This document shows positions 1 to 11,633 of a DNA stretch of 64,000 bases, in pieces. The DNA is from Nemertoderma westbladi (lineage: Eukaryota > Animalia > Xenacoelomorpha): NCBI GenBank assembly GCA_032718475.1, contig JAUCBJ010008889.1:1-64000 (forward strand). Direction: 5' to 3'. A program made the translations under genes and the position numbers. Numbering within the stretch: the stretch's first letter is position 1; every line of letters begins with the position of its first letter. Below the pieces are notes generated by a model, which made no database searches, was not told where the DNA came from, and saw only the letters and a program-made list of their open reading frames with translations.

Positions 1-792
1 ATCTTCACTGATTTTAATCACATATAAAAGGAACACAGACTGACTCATGTAGGGTCTATCAAATAACATTAGATTCACTTCAAACCACTTTAACATAAGT
101 CACAATCGTTATTGGTAACCTTTCTCTCTTACCTTCGGTATATCAAGAATATTGGGTGTCGGGGTTATTTCTCGTTATTCCAATATAATAATTCATCAAC
201 AAATATAATGAATAACCGATAACAAATAGCAGTACAGTATTGACAGATCAATCGGGCCAGTTGTTTTGAGTTAAGACAATCAATCAGTCATCAGGTGCGT
301 TTGGTCAGCCGCCAGGTCAGTTTTGTTTGATCATCAGTCAGTTAAAGGATATATGTCCTTATAATTAAACCTCCTAGTGTTGAGCTAAAAAGCAGAAAGC
401 ATAAAACACTACAAAGCCGTTCTTTCGTGGCTTTGAAAAACTCGTGACTACTGCTCTATACGAGGATACCAACTCCCTTATTCCACGAAGCTCCCGTTCA
501 ACACAGAGAAAGAGCAGTGAGATAGGAAATTTTCAGTTCAGTACTCTGTGATAGGTCAACATCAAGGATAACTCAAATTCTATTGGGAGATACAAAACAA
601 GGCTATGACGCAACCTCCCTAGGCTTGTTGGCCGATTAAACAGAGCCCAGATGCCTGCGTACAGCAAATCAGCCAATAAGCTGGTAACTTGCACTATTTT
701 TAGCTGTAGATCACTTTGAGAGTATTCTTAGCGACTGGGGGGGAACTGGCCAACAAGGCAAACGAATCAGTTATCCCACAAAAGCTTTTACA
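1..792 (-). mobile_element. LTR of a sister BEL/Pao family (runs off the window start)
   Basis: The minus strand starts TGTAAAAGCTTTT at 792, versus TGTAAAGGCTTTT at 10142. The reverse complement of 1-225 aligns closely to 10635-10855, and 340-390 aligns to 10538-10584 of the main LTR. Confidence 0.85.
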
Positions 793-1974
793 TAAACTGA
801 CTTAGTATATAATGACACTAGATGGCCTCAATGTCAGAATATCTGATTTTAAGTAAGAAATAGAGAATATTATGACGCAATTAACCTTATCAATAAAAAT
901 GGAACCTTAAACTTAAATTTAGCAAAATAAGTAAACTAAAATCGCAAAGAACACATTTTATTAACACCGCTTCCATTCATTTAGCTAACACAGTGACAAA
1001 AAACGAAGGGACGAGCTCAAATCATACATAGAAAGATGTCTGGCATGTAAATATATCAATCAATAATAGTAAACTCAAATTACATACAAAATATATATAT
1101 CCAGCATATAAAATATCTCAGCTCGTGAACAAAATCAAATTAAATGAATTATTGGGTAACAATTACTTCTGGATAAGTAAACTATAGTGCTAAAGAGTAT
1201 AACTAATAGGTACATATAAAATGTCTCAGCTCGTGAACAAATAAGCTAAATGAATTATTGAGGGTACCACTTACTTATTTTCAGTATAATATAAAGTAGG
1301 AATATGAGTCATATAAAGTAAAAATAGCCGTAATAAAAAGTAACCAGAAAAAATAACGTTTATTTCCGGGTATTTTTGCTCTGGGGGGGGGGGGGGGGGG
1401 GGGGAGGGTCGCTTGCGACGTTTCGGTGATGGGGAGCCATTACCAGGTAACGGAGACGGAGAACTTTGCACTCGTAGCGCCTCAGTGGTGGAAGGATGAA
1501 GTTCCAATGAGTCAGAAGGGTGTGCGATAGTTCGTATGATCGGTCCACCAGTAGATGTTCCCGGTTGAGGTTCGCTAACCACGATTGATGTGGGAACAGA
1601 CAAGCGCAATAACTATACATAACGTAATCGCGTAATTTGATGTAAATCCGCGGAATATACCGGTATCGTAAGTATCAGATATCATATCTTACTAAATTAG
1701 CTACTTCTGTAATAGGCGTTAATTGACAATGATATCGGTGGTTATCGAAATATATATTATATATAGAATATATATTGCAATATTATTAATTTAACTACAA
1801 TAATAATATATATAATAAATATTTTACAATAAACTGTACCTGATTTGGAAGTAGAACAGATAATGACAAGTATCAGTGATGTTATGGATAAATTCGTCAT
1901 CTTGATTTGTTGTATTTATGTAACCTGATGGAAATGAAACAATATTTTATTTAAAAATGGATTTGGAAAGAGTT

Positions 1975-2365
1975 TTGGAGTTGGCGTTTATTGCCACTGA
2001 TTGAACTACAAAGACAGCAAGCTGGCTGGAAGGAGCCCGGGGGAAAAATCCTAGCCAAGACTATTACAAATGAACTATGTCAGTCAGCAGACCTAGGAAG
2101 ACGACTCCAAAACGCTTCCATGGAGCCACGATCCCATCGATTCCTGTTGCAGAGGCTGTTAATAGCGATCTTAATGGGTAACGCTGCATCTATCCTGGGA
2201 ACAGTCAGCAGTTACTAAGTAAACTAAAGAAACAATTATTTAGTTTGCAAATTAGTTAGGCTCATATTCATATTGTTGTGCTTTTCCACTATGTATGCTG
2301 TACTATTAGTTGTTGTAATGCAATTTAATATGTACGAAATAAATAAATAAATAAACAAATAAATT
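1975..2365 (+). mobile_element. 3' fragment of an RLE-endonuclease non-LTR retrotransposon (CRE-like)
   Basis: ORF 1991-2218 ends LGRRL..EPRSHRFLLQRLLIAILMGNAASILGT, matching the C-terminal QRLSIAIQRGNAASILGT-type motif. It is followed by a (TAAA)n tail near 2338-2363. Confidence 0.7.
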
Positions 2366-2882
2366 GTCTAAACTGTAAGTCGTGAAGGCTAGCTGTCTTG
2401 TGGCTCGCTAGCTGTCTTTGTGGCTCGTCCCACATAATAAAAAATTAAACTTTGCTACCACTAACAAAAATATAATATGAAGCAAATAATTTCAATATCA
2501 AGCGCGTTTACAAGATATAAGATTACCGAATATTTATAAAAAAAATGCCCGTGATGCACTACCAGATAAATATAACAACGAATAAGAGCTAAATAATAAA
2601 TTTAGTTTCCTTCTAAATGTATTACCCCGTCACCTGAATCTCTCTTCCCAGTGAATCCTATGTGAATATCTATAAATATCTATAAGGTTACTCACTACTG
2701 CTATGTTAGGTTGTAGCCAAGCTGATTGAATTATAAGCACATGGCCTTTCAAATGTTATAATTAATTATTAATATTAATCAACGATCAGGCTACTTAAAG
2801 CCCCTGTTGTACATATACATACATAATAATATTATCAACAATTTCAGTAAATTAAACATTTCCAATAGACAGTATACAGTAG

Positions 2883-5800
2883 TTAGCAAACAGTTGCACG
2901 TAATTTAAATGCATGAAAAATATATCGCGCAATATTCAAAACTTTAGTAGGATCGTCAGTTTGCATTAATTCAATAAATTTTAAAAAATTCGGGAAAACC
3001 ATATATCTCATACCCAAGTATCTGCACCGCAGGCTGTGATAAAAAGTGCAACCTAATAGAAAATGGTACTCGTCTTCTACTAAATTACAATCGCACATAT
3101 TGCAAATTCGCTGGTCCCTAGCTATACCGTACAAAAAACCGGCGCAACGCTAAATGATTACTCAATACGTAAATGTAAGTAGAGGGTTTGAATATTTCCT
3201 TTATATAAAATCTTCCTTTTGGGGACGATGCTACTTCTGATCTCCAAAATTGCACAAACTGATCAGTGATACGTTGCTTTACATTGAATAGAAAAGTGTT
3301 AACACTATCACCTACATCCTGATTTTGCCAAGCCCAACTAAATCCTAAATCATTTAGTATTCCTCTTAATTGCACAACCCAACTTTTTGGCGTTAAATGA
3401 CTTACTACTATCTAGTACGTTATTCAAATCATTGCACAACATTAAATAAGCCTGTTTCACCAACCTAGTATTTGGTAGATTAATAATTCTGGTCCAATAC
3501 TTAACTAATCTGAATCGACGTTCGAAAATAAGTTGTAATTGACCTGTCTCTCCATATACTGCAAAATTTGGAGTTGTTTTTTTTAACACCCAGAAAATTT
3601 TTCAGAAACCGTAAGTGTACCCTTTCTACATCATCAGCTGTATCAAAACCCCAAATTTCAGCACCGTACATTAAAATAGGTTTCACTAAAGTGTTGAATA
3701 AATTTATAGCACAATCGAAAGTAGAATGGGGAAATCGTACAAAGTATTTTAGTAAAGAAAAATATGCTCTACTACCTTGTTCTGCAATGTTACTTTGAGC
3801 AATATAAAATTTTCCAGATACCGTGAAGATAATACCTAAATATGTATACTGATTAATTTTTGGCATCACTTTGTTATTGTAGTAAAATTGCACCGCCGAT
3901 GGACGACCTTTGTGACCAAAAACAACAACATTAGATTTATCTAAGTTTACTTCCAAGCACCAATATTTACAATAAAATTCTAGAATTATTAGGGATTGCT
4001 GTAAAGCTGACTCAGTCTCTGCCAATATAACGATGTCGTCAGCAAATAGCAATAAGAATAATTTCATCGTACCAACATCTATACCTTCAATGCCACCTTG
4101 TCTTAATTCGTTTTCCAAATCATTAATAAAAATACTGAACAAAAAGGGTGATAAGCTCTCACCTTGTCTTACTCCTATAGATACTAAAAATGTTTCTGAC
4201 AATTTACCATCTACTTTTACACATGACTTTACACTACTATACATATTCTTAATAACATTTAGCATTTTGCCACCCGCACCTAAATTGATTAATTTCAACC
4301 ATAAAGCTGCACGACTAACTGAATCGAATGCCTTTTTCAGGTCAATAAAAGCACAATATAATTTTTTCTTACGAGTTAACAAAAAGTGATCAATAAGCGC
4401 ACGTAAAACAAACATTTGGTCAACTGTAGAAAACCCTGCTCGAAAACCACCCTGGGCTTCAACTACAATACCATAACAATTTGCCCACCATTGTAAACGA
4501 CTATTAATAACGGATGTGAATAATTGACCCAAAATTGACAACAGAGTTATTCCCCTATAGTTACCGGGATCCGACTTTTTCCCCTTTTTAAACAATGGAC
4601 ATATAATTCCAATTGTCCAATCTCGTGGAAAATTGCCCGAATCCAAAATAGCACTAAATAATAATGTTAACACCGGTACTAACTGATCCCGACCTTCAAT
4701 AATAAATTCACTAATAATATTGTCTACACCTGGAGATTTACCGCGCTTTAACTTATTAATAGCGTTATTTACTTCTACTTCATCAAATGGCATACTCAAA
4801 TCATTCTCAAAACAATTTCTACTTTCAATTATATTAACATTTCTACCTACGTAACTACTACAATTCCTTCCCAAATCCTGAAAATTTGAATTGTTTGAAC
4901 TAAGTCGCTCGAAATATTGTTTAAACTCATTAATAGATGGTTCATTTGCCCCTCTCGGAATAGCAACCCGGCAAATAGATTTCAATTTTTTCCAAAACTT
5001 TTTCGGGTCTGACACACGTGCCAGGTTCAGGCGCTGCGCTTCATTTCTCGAATATTCAAATCGGGTTTTACGCAGGGTTGCTTTATATTGAGCACGGCTC
5101 CTTTGAAGTAAGGAATACGCTTCAGGTGCTCCAGAACTTTTCCAATTAGACAACGCACTATTAAAAGCCAACTTTACATCCCTACATTCTAAATTAAACC
5201 AAATTGCACCATTACAAAAGGAATTAACATTACCTTGTTCGTTATCAGTTCGATGTAATGATAAAATTTCTGCCTGACGATCGAATATATCCGAAAGGTT
5301 CCCCACCGCAGCGTCTAAATTTTGCAGTGGAAAATTAACATCGGAGATAATTAGGTCGCCAATGTTCTGCAGCTCGTTTATCATATTTGCATCTTTCATA
5401 TTCGCATTAAATTGCTGTTTAACTCTATCGTTCCAAAAATAACGGTTTACTGGAGTACCCTCAACATGTATGTTACTAGCATCGGGTTCAGTAGCATTTG
5501 GCTCGAGAAATGTTTGCACTTCTAATTTAAATGAAATTGTACAGTGGTGACTATAAATATTTGGGATACCAATAGAAAAATCTGTACAATGCCCCATCAT
5601 TGGTACTGTGCCTAGTACATAATCAATTGTAGAAGAACCATTGCCAGAACGAAAAGTAAAATCACCACAGGCTTCGTCATTCCCTAGCCTTCCATTAAAA
5701 ATGCGTAGGCCAGTGTTTTTACATAGGGTTAATAATGTTGTACCATAGGCATTTACCTTTTTATCAAAATTATTTCTATCGGTATTTATACAATAATAAA

Positions 5801-6512
5801 TAAATTCATTTTCATCATCAACCTGGTCACCAATAAGTGATTCATCACAATGTGTAATCATCCCGCCATTGATTACAATATAATCGCATCCTTTAGCCGT
5901 TCTGGCATTTAAATCACCAATAACTAGTATATATGCACTGTCCCAATAAAATGCCAACCCTCTTTCAATATCATCAAATAAGTCAATTGCACTGTTGTTG
6001 TGGCTAGTGGAATTGTACGGCGCTATATATGCACAACAAAAAATAAGATCCCTTTCTAAACCTAAACATTGTTTATCTAGTTTTAACCATATAATATCTT
6101 CTACACTGAAATCATTTAGATTGGTTACGTGTGGTTCTAGATCAATTTTAAAATATACCAGCACTCCACCACTGAAGCGTTTTGCACTACGATGTTTCTT
6201 ATTCCGACACACCTTAAAATAATTATATCCCCCTATATCTAAGTTTAGTAACCCATATGGAGCTAACCAAGTTTCCGTACATATAAAAATATCGTGTGCT
6301 CGCACGAGTTTATGAAAATCAACATCTGCTAGTGCTGAACTAATACCTTCAACATTTAAATGTCCTACGTTAAGTGATCTAGTAATTGCAGGTTCATCAG
6401 AAACGGAAAGTGTAATATTAGTAGTTATATTATTGTTTACCAAGTTTTGTGATCGATCATCATCATTCGAGTTTAAACTTGAGAGCCCGAACTGATTAGT
6501 TTGGCACCTCAA
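2883..6512 (-). pseudogene. LINE ORF2 (APE-RT), with about three frameshifts in the C-terminal part (~3580, ~3360, ~3135)
   Basis: APE motifs: GHLNVEG, CTETW, GDLNART, TIDYV. RT motifs: NYRGITLL, FIDLKKAFD, GVRQGESLSP, LLFADD, YTYLG. The C-terminal RICNMC..EDEYHFLLGC lies in fragment 2883-3134. Confidence 0.9.
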
Positions 6513-7255
6513 CCGTTGGGTTGTGGATCACACGTTCCGGGGTGCCCTTCTCCCGTCTCATTGGCTGGCTGATCGAGAGAGCCTTCCTCCGGCTCATTGG
6601 CTGGCTGATCGAGTGAGCCTTCTTCTTCACCCAGCACGTCGAACACGTTGTGAAGATGCAAACTAGAGACCTGAGAACCCTCTTGAGGTCTACCAGCAGT
6701 ATCATCAGAACCAGACAGAGGTTGTGAGTATTTGCCGGGAATTATTATCCATTCGGGATTTGAAGGAGTAGAATTCAGTGATCGTTGAAGCTGAACTGTA
6801 ATTGGCGTCTGCGCCCCAGCATTTTCAACCGTCTCAGATTGTATAATACCCTGTTGTTGATATTCTGTGACATCCATTTCAGCCTCGCAGATTGACTCTT
6901 CAATGTGCACGAGCGGATCCATTTCTATAGTAGACCTGGTGACCGAAGAAGAGGACACAGTTGTGCTCGTTGGCGCGGGCGTAGTGGGCGCGGGCTGCCC
7001 CATAGTGGGTGCGGGCTGCCTCATGCGTTGAGTGGGCAGAACTGTAGTAGTAGGCGCGGATGGCCCTGAAGTGGGCGCGGGCGGCCCCGTGCGTTGCATG
7101 GGCGGCCTTGTAGTCGGCGCGGGCGGCCCCGTGCGTTGCATGGGCGTCCTTGCAGTAAACGCGGGCGGCCTTGCAGTGAACGCGGGCGGCCCCGTGCGCT
7201 GCATTATAAGCATAATGCATTTAGGGGTTGGGATTACTCTCTCAGACCTAAGCAA
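6509..7255 (-). CDS. Probable LINE ORF1 C-terminal remnant, Pro/Thr-rich with internal MQRTGPPAPT repeats
   Basis: It abuts and overlaps the ORF2 start on the same strand and has low-complexity repeats. No domain recognised. Confidence 0.5.
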   Translation of the reverse strand: MLRSERVIPTPKCIMLIMQRTGPPAFTARPPAFTARTPMQRTGPPAPTTRPPMQRTGPPAPTSGPSAPTTTVLPTQRMRQPAPTMGQPAPTTPAPTSTTVSSSSVTRSTIEMDPLVHIEESICEAEMDVTEYQQQGIIQSETVENAGAQTPITVQLQRSLNSTPSNPEWIIIPGKYSQPLSGSDDTAGRPQEGSQVSSLHLHNVFDVLGEEEGSLDQPANEPEEGSLDQPANETGEGHPGTCDPQPNG

Positions 7256-7840
7256 ACCAGTTCAATGTGGAGGGAACCAACTACACTACGTTTGTCTATG
7301 GGATGTCTTTTTATCGCCAGCTTGCTGACTTTTCTAGTTAATAATTAATAAATAGGGCTGCCTTTGATGTATTGTAATGTAATAGGTTTGGCCATGGACT
7401 TCTAGAATATTAATTAATACCAGGACTGGAAACTGTTTATTCGGAAATACCAGTTGAGGCCTACTTTCTGGTTTTTGCTAACAGTTATTTATTTTAGGAA
7501 TCATCATATCTAAACCGCTACCGTTTGAGTTTTTCTGAAAGGAATTTAATAATTTATGTTGGATTAGATGCCCAGATTTCTCAGTTTTAATTATGTATAT
7601 AAAATAACCCTTTTATCTGTTAATAATAATAATAATAAAAACAATTTATATAGCGCCAAATTTACATTTTAATAATCTAAGGCGTTGAAACAACAGTATC
7701 GTTCACATTACGTAGTCAAACAACTTAGAATAAAATAAACTATATCTAAAATTTTGTAAAACATGTTTAAAAATTGTGTTAAAATATTCGGTTCAGTTAA
7801 AACAATTCCGAATTCAAATTACTGGGAACAAAACAAGGAA

Positions 7841-8810
7841 TAGGAGTAGCGCCCACCCCTACCTTCGGGTAGGTAGCAGATAGGAGTAGCGCCCACCCCT
7901 ACCTTCGGGTAGCAGATAGGAGTAGCACCCACCCCTACCTTCGGGTAGCAGATAGGAGTGGCGCCCACCCCTACCTTCGGGTAGCAGATAGGAGTAGCAC
8001 CCACCCCTACCTTCGGGTAGCAGATAGGAGTGGCGCCCACCCCTACCTTCGGGTAGCAGATAGGAGTAGCACCCACCCCTACCTTCGGGTAGCAGATAGG
8101 AGTGGCGCCAACCCCTACCTACCTTCGGGTAGCAGATTGGAGTAGCACCCACCCCTACCTTCGGGTAGCAGATAGGAGTGGCGCCCACCCCTACCTTCGG
8201 GTAGCAGATAGGAGTAGCGCCCACCCCTACCTTCGGGTAGCAGATTTGAGTAGCACCCACCCCTACCTTCGGGTAGCAGATAGGAGTAGCGTCCTTTCCT
8301 ATCTTCGGGTAGCAGATAGGAGTAGCGCCAAGGCGCCAACCCCTACCTTCGGGTAGCAGATAGGAGTAACGCCCACCCCTATCTTCGGGTAGCAGATAGG
8401 AGTAGCGCCCACCCCTACCTTCGGGTAGCAGATCCCCTACCTTCGGGTAGCAGATAGGAGCAACGCCTACCCCTATCTTCGGGTAGCAGATAGGAGTAGC
8501 GCCCACCCCTACCTTCGGGTAGCAGATAGGAGTAGCGCCCACCCCTACCTTCGGGTAGCAGATAGGAGTAGCGCCCACCCCTATCTTCGGGTATCAGATA
8601 GGAGTAGCGCCCACCCCTACCTTCGGGTAGCAGATAGGAGCAGCGCCCACCCCTACCTTCGGGTAGCAGATAGGAGTAACGTCCACCCCTACCTTCGGGT
8701 AGCAGATAGGAGTAGCGCCCACCCCTATCTTCGGGTAGCAGATAGGAGTAGCGCCCACCCCTACCTTCCGGTAGCAGATAGGAGTAGCGCCCACCCCTAC
8801 CTACGGGTAG
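7841..8810 (+). repeat. 36-bp tandem array (~27 units), GGAGTAGCGCCCACCCCTACCTTCGGGTAGCAGATA
   Basis: Directly visible. It produces the spurious GATPICYPKVGV repeat ORFs. Confidence 0.97.
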
Positions 8811-8978
8811 TAGCTACCGAAAGAGGAGCCTTCGGGTCGCCTCCGGCCTCGGCCGACTGTTTGCTTTGCTTTGATAATAAATCATGCTCTGGTCTATAAG
8901 TAGGAGTAAGTTGTGATAAATAATTTATGAATGAATTATCCCAAAATCCAAAAATGTTAGAAATATATTTACTGTAGT

Positions 8979-9310
8979 CTATGCGTATCCAAAAAATGTG
9001 TCGCCCAGAGAGGATATTAGTGTCACCACTGTGTTTTGTTTCTCCAGGGTTGTCATGTTTTGGTAGATAAGAGAGAGTGCTCTAACTTTCCTCTCATTTT
9101 GGTACAATTGTTTACATGAAAGGTAATAATTACCTCCATTCATATGTCTGTAACGTCCAAAGCGGAGCTCTAGGGGATCTTGCAACATATTTCGTGTAAG
9201 AACATAATTAAACTTTAACTCATCCAGACATTACCTTACTACATTGACTAAAGCATTCGTGGTATAAATAAATAAGGGCGTCGAAAGTTTCATTTGCAAG
9301 GGCATTTTTA
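8979..9310 (-). pseudogene. P-element/THAP9-like transposase C-terminal remnant
   Basis: FNYVLTRNMLQDPLELRFGRYRHMNGGNYYLS matches the Q-D-x-L-E-x-x-F-G-x-x-R catalytic-Glu motif. Confidence 0.75.
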
Positions 9311-9739
9311 GATTTTACTATATATTTCGGTAGAGGTCCTCCATGTGGTGAGGGACCTTGAAACATTGCCCAGAAAATTAAGTCGATCATCGGTAGTCGA
9401 ATATATTGGATATTTGGAGGGATCGCGTTTCCGGGAACCTGCTGTTGTTGTTTCAACATTCACTATATACCAATACTAGGCCTACTGTAACTCTCCAGAT
9501 ACGAAATCTGCAGTAACCTTGAAGTGAAATACATCACATTGTTATTGGCAAAGCTAAATATAATTTTTAATAATACTAGCTAGTACACAAATAATAGCTA
9601 CCGGTATTTTTATTTTGCCTATAGCTACCTAGTTCCCAGTCCTGGTATAAATAACATTCTAGAAGTCCATGGTTTGGCCCGCCCAATAATACTCCTACAG
9701 CCAACTCTCTATGTATTCCTTTGCCACAGCTGTCAATGA

Positions 9740-9998
9740 ATGTCTAAATACATATAATTTCGCGACAAAATAATGTCAAAAAAACGAAATATTTCGAATA
9801 CCACACATAGAATCGATCTGTGATTATGAACCACCAAAGCAATGTACTTGCAAAGTTTCATAAAAAACGCCAGGCAGGAAGTGCCTGAACCTGGTTAGGA
9901 TGAGCCAGTCAGTGAGTCAGTGAATCAGTCAGTCAGTTAGTCAGCCAGTGTTATATGAACTTAGATTATTACAGTCCGCTGTCGAGCGGGCTCCTAAT
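9740..9998 (+). mobile_element. Short non-autonomous Helentron/HINE-like element (tentative)
   Basis: A (CAGT)n microsatellite at 9905-9948 is followed by a 3' hairpin, CCGCT-GTCG-AGCGG, near 9976-9989. Confidence 0.35.
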
Positions 9999-10141
9999 TA
10001 AGTAACTTTAAAGGAATGATACATTATTGATATTAACTTTAAAGAAGTCAATCATTTAATAATAGATAAAACGAAACAGTAAAAAATAAATTGAACTGCA
10101 GGATTTTACTGGAGTACGAATTGCAGACATATTGGCATATC

Positions 10142-11284
10142 TGTAAAGGCTTTTGCGTAATTAGCCGGTTATTTTCCCCGTAAAGTACTCTGTAGTTGGT
10201 TTAACCGGCATAAAAGGCCGTGTCCTTACTGTATTGTTGTTTTAGAGGACATAAAAGCCATTTCTTCTGTATGTGTACTTTAGCGGACATGATTAGCAAT
10301 TCTATGACGCAATAAGCCGGATCCTCTTGAAACAGTGTAGATACCATGACGACGGCTAACAGCTGATATTGCCACGTAGAACATCTCTTTGTTCTTTGTT
10401 CTCTCTTTGTTCGGTCGACCAATCAGAGCGTTTTTTGCCTCTGTGTTGGAGATGGTATATAGAAACTAGGGAAGTGAGTCAGTATATGATTTCTTCCACA
10501 GCCTACAACACCGGCGTGGAACCTCTGTGTTTCAGTCTTTAGCTTAACATTAGTAGGCTTAATTATAGAGCGTATATCCGTTATCAAACCATATCAATTC
10601 TTATCACACTAACTTACTTAACATTACTGCTTTGCTGTCGGTTATTCATTATATTTGTTGATGAAATATTATATTCGGAATACTGATAAACAATCAGACA
10701 CCCCAATCTTCTTGATATACTAAAGGTTAGAGAGACCGGATACATATAACGATTGCGACTTACATTAAGTGGTTTGAAGTGAATCTAATGCTATTTTATA
10801 GGCCCTATACGTATTGTCTGTTGTTCTCCTTATATGTGACTAAAATTAGTGAAGGTCGGCAGATTAGAGTGCAGTATTGTGCAGCATTGTGTATGATTGT
10901 GATTGATAACGAAGCATCTCCTAAAGAATGCGCCATATACGTGAATCTATAGCCATCCCGTTGCGTCTGGTTTAAGCCATAACTCTGTTTATATATTTAG
11001 AGCGCCACGTCCTAAAGGAACTGTTAATATTTCCCGAAAGTGAATAATATTGTCAGAGATTTATATATCAAGATCAGTCGAATAATACAGTAGGTCTATC
11101 CCGCAATACGATTAGGCTTCCGAATCCAGTCTCCCGGGTATATCCAGCGGGTGAATGATCGCGCATAGACTGGTTTCGGCTAATGTAGTGTATCAAACAT
11201 TTGTCGTAGGCTAAAGACTATCTATTATCTAGAAGACATCCTAATTTGGCAGGTTAAACTGCTAAAGGTCTGAAAGCGCGAACA
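10142..11284 (+). repeat. 5' LTR (1143 bp)
   Basis: TGTAAAGG...GCGCGAACA. The end is defined by the same GCGCGAACA abutting the TSD at 28144. Confidence 0.92.
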
Positions 11285-11296
11285 ATAACGGATATA
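11285..11296 (+). promoter_or_regulatory. Non-tRNA primer-binding site ATAACGGATATA, complementary to LTR 10573-10584
   Basis: It lies directly after the LTR end, lacks the TGG start of a tRNA PBS, and is the exact reverse complement of TATATCCGTTAT at 10573-10584. Confidence 0.65.
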
Positions 11297-11633
11297 AAGT
11301 TCGGATTGCAGGGTAGGCAATAAATACAGTTTAATATTGTTCTGGTAAGAACAATAACGGATATTGCTTCTGTATTGCAGTAGGCAATAAAGCTGAAGTA
11401 CCGGCAACCGGTACCCAGTAGGCCTGACTACCTAACCACCCGGACCGGTACCTACAGCAGTACAGGTACAGCAGTATTATTCGATTTTGATTATTATATA
11501 CCAGTAGGCCTTAATTTAAAATCAGGGAGGGCCCGCCCTGGTTTTTTATTGAGATTTTACTTATTTCTGTCAAGTTTTATTTATTTGTAGGCCAATATTG
11601 ACCAGAAGGCGTGTAAGCCTGCTCAGATTGTAC

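Larger units (their letters stand above)
2760..7340 (-). mobile_element. LINE, RTEX-like (APE endonuclease + RT + C-terminal CCHC), ORF1 partly present; boundaries approximate
   Basis: A long ORF2 with an upstream ORF on the same strand, and an AT-rich 3' tail near 2760. Confidence 0.85.
7393..9671 (-). mobile_element. P-element superfamily DNA transposon, internally deleted
   Basis: ~40-bp TIRs (CATGGACTTCTAGAATATTAATTAATACCAGGACTGG / CCAGTCCTGGTATAAATAACATTCTAGAAGTCCATG), CA..TG ends, 7-bp TSD GTTTGGC (7386-7392, 9672-9678) and a transposase remnant inside. Confidence 0.85.

Noticed and set aside
1271-1620. Proline-rich ORFs and poly-G/C runs (also 31032, 32472, 33174, 39917, 62776)
   Set aside because: The poly-Pro and poly-Gly come from homopolymer tracts, often in MITE ends; no other coding evidence.
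7819-8794. CRISPR-like 36-bp repeats and GATPICYPKVGV ORFs
   Set aside because: The units are head-to-tail with no unique spacers, there are no cas genes and the context is eukaryotic. The ORFs are by-products of the repeat.
10201-11407. Identical short minus-strand ORFs at 10201/26136 and 11225/27160
   Set aside because: The identity only reflects the LTR and leader duplication; there are no protein motifs.
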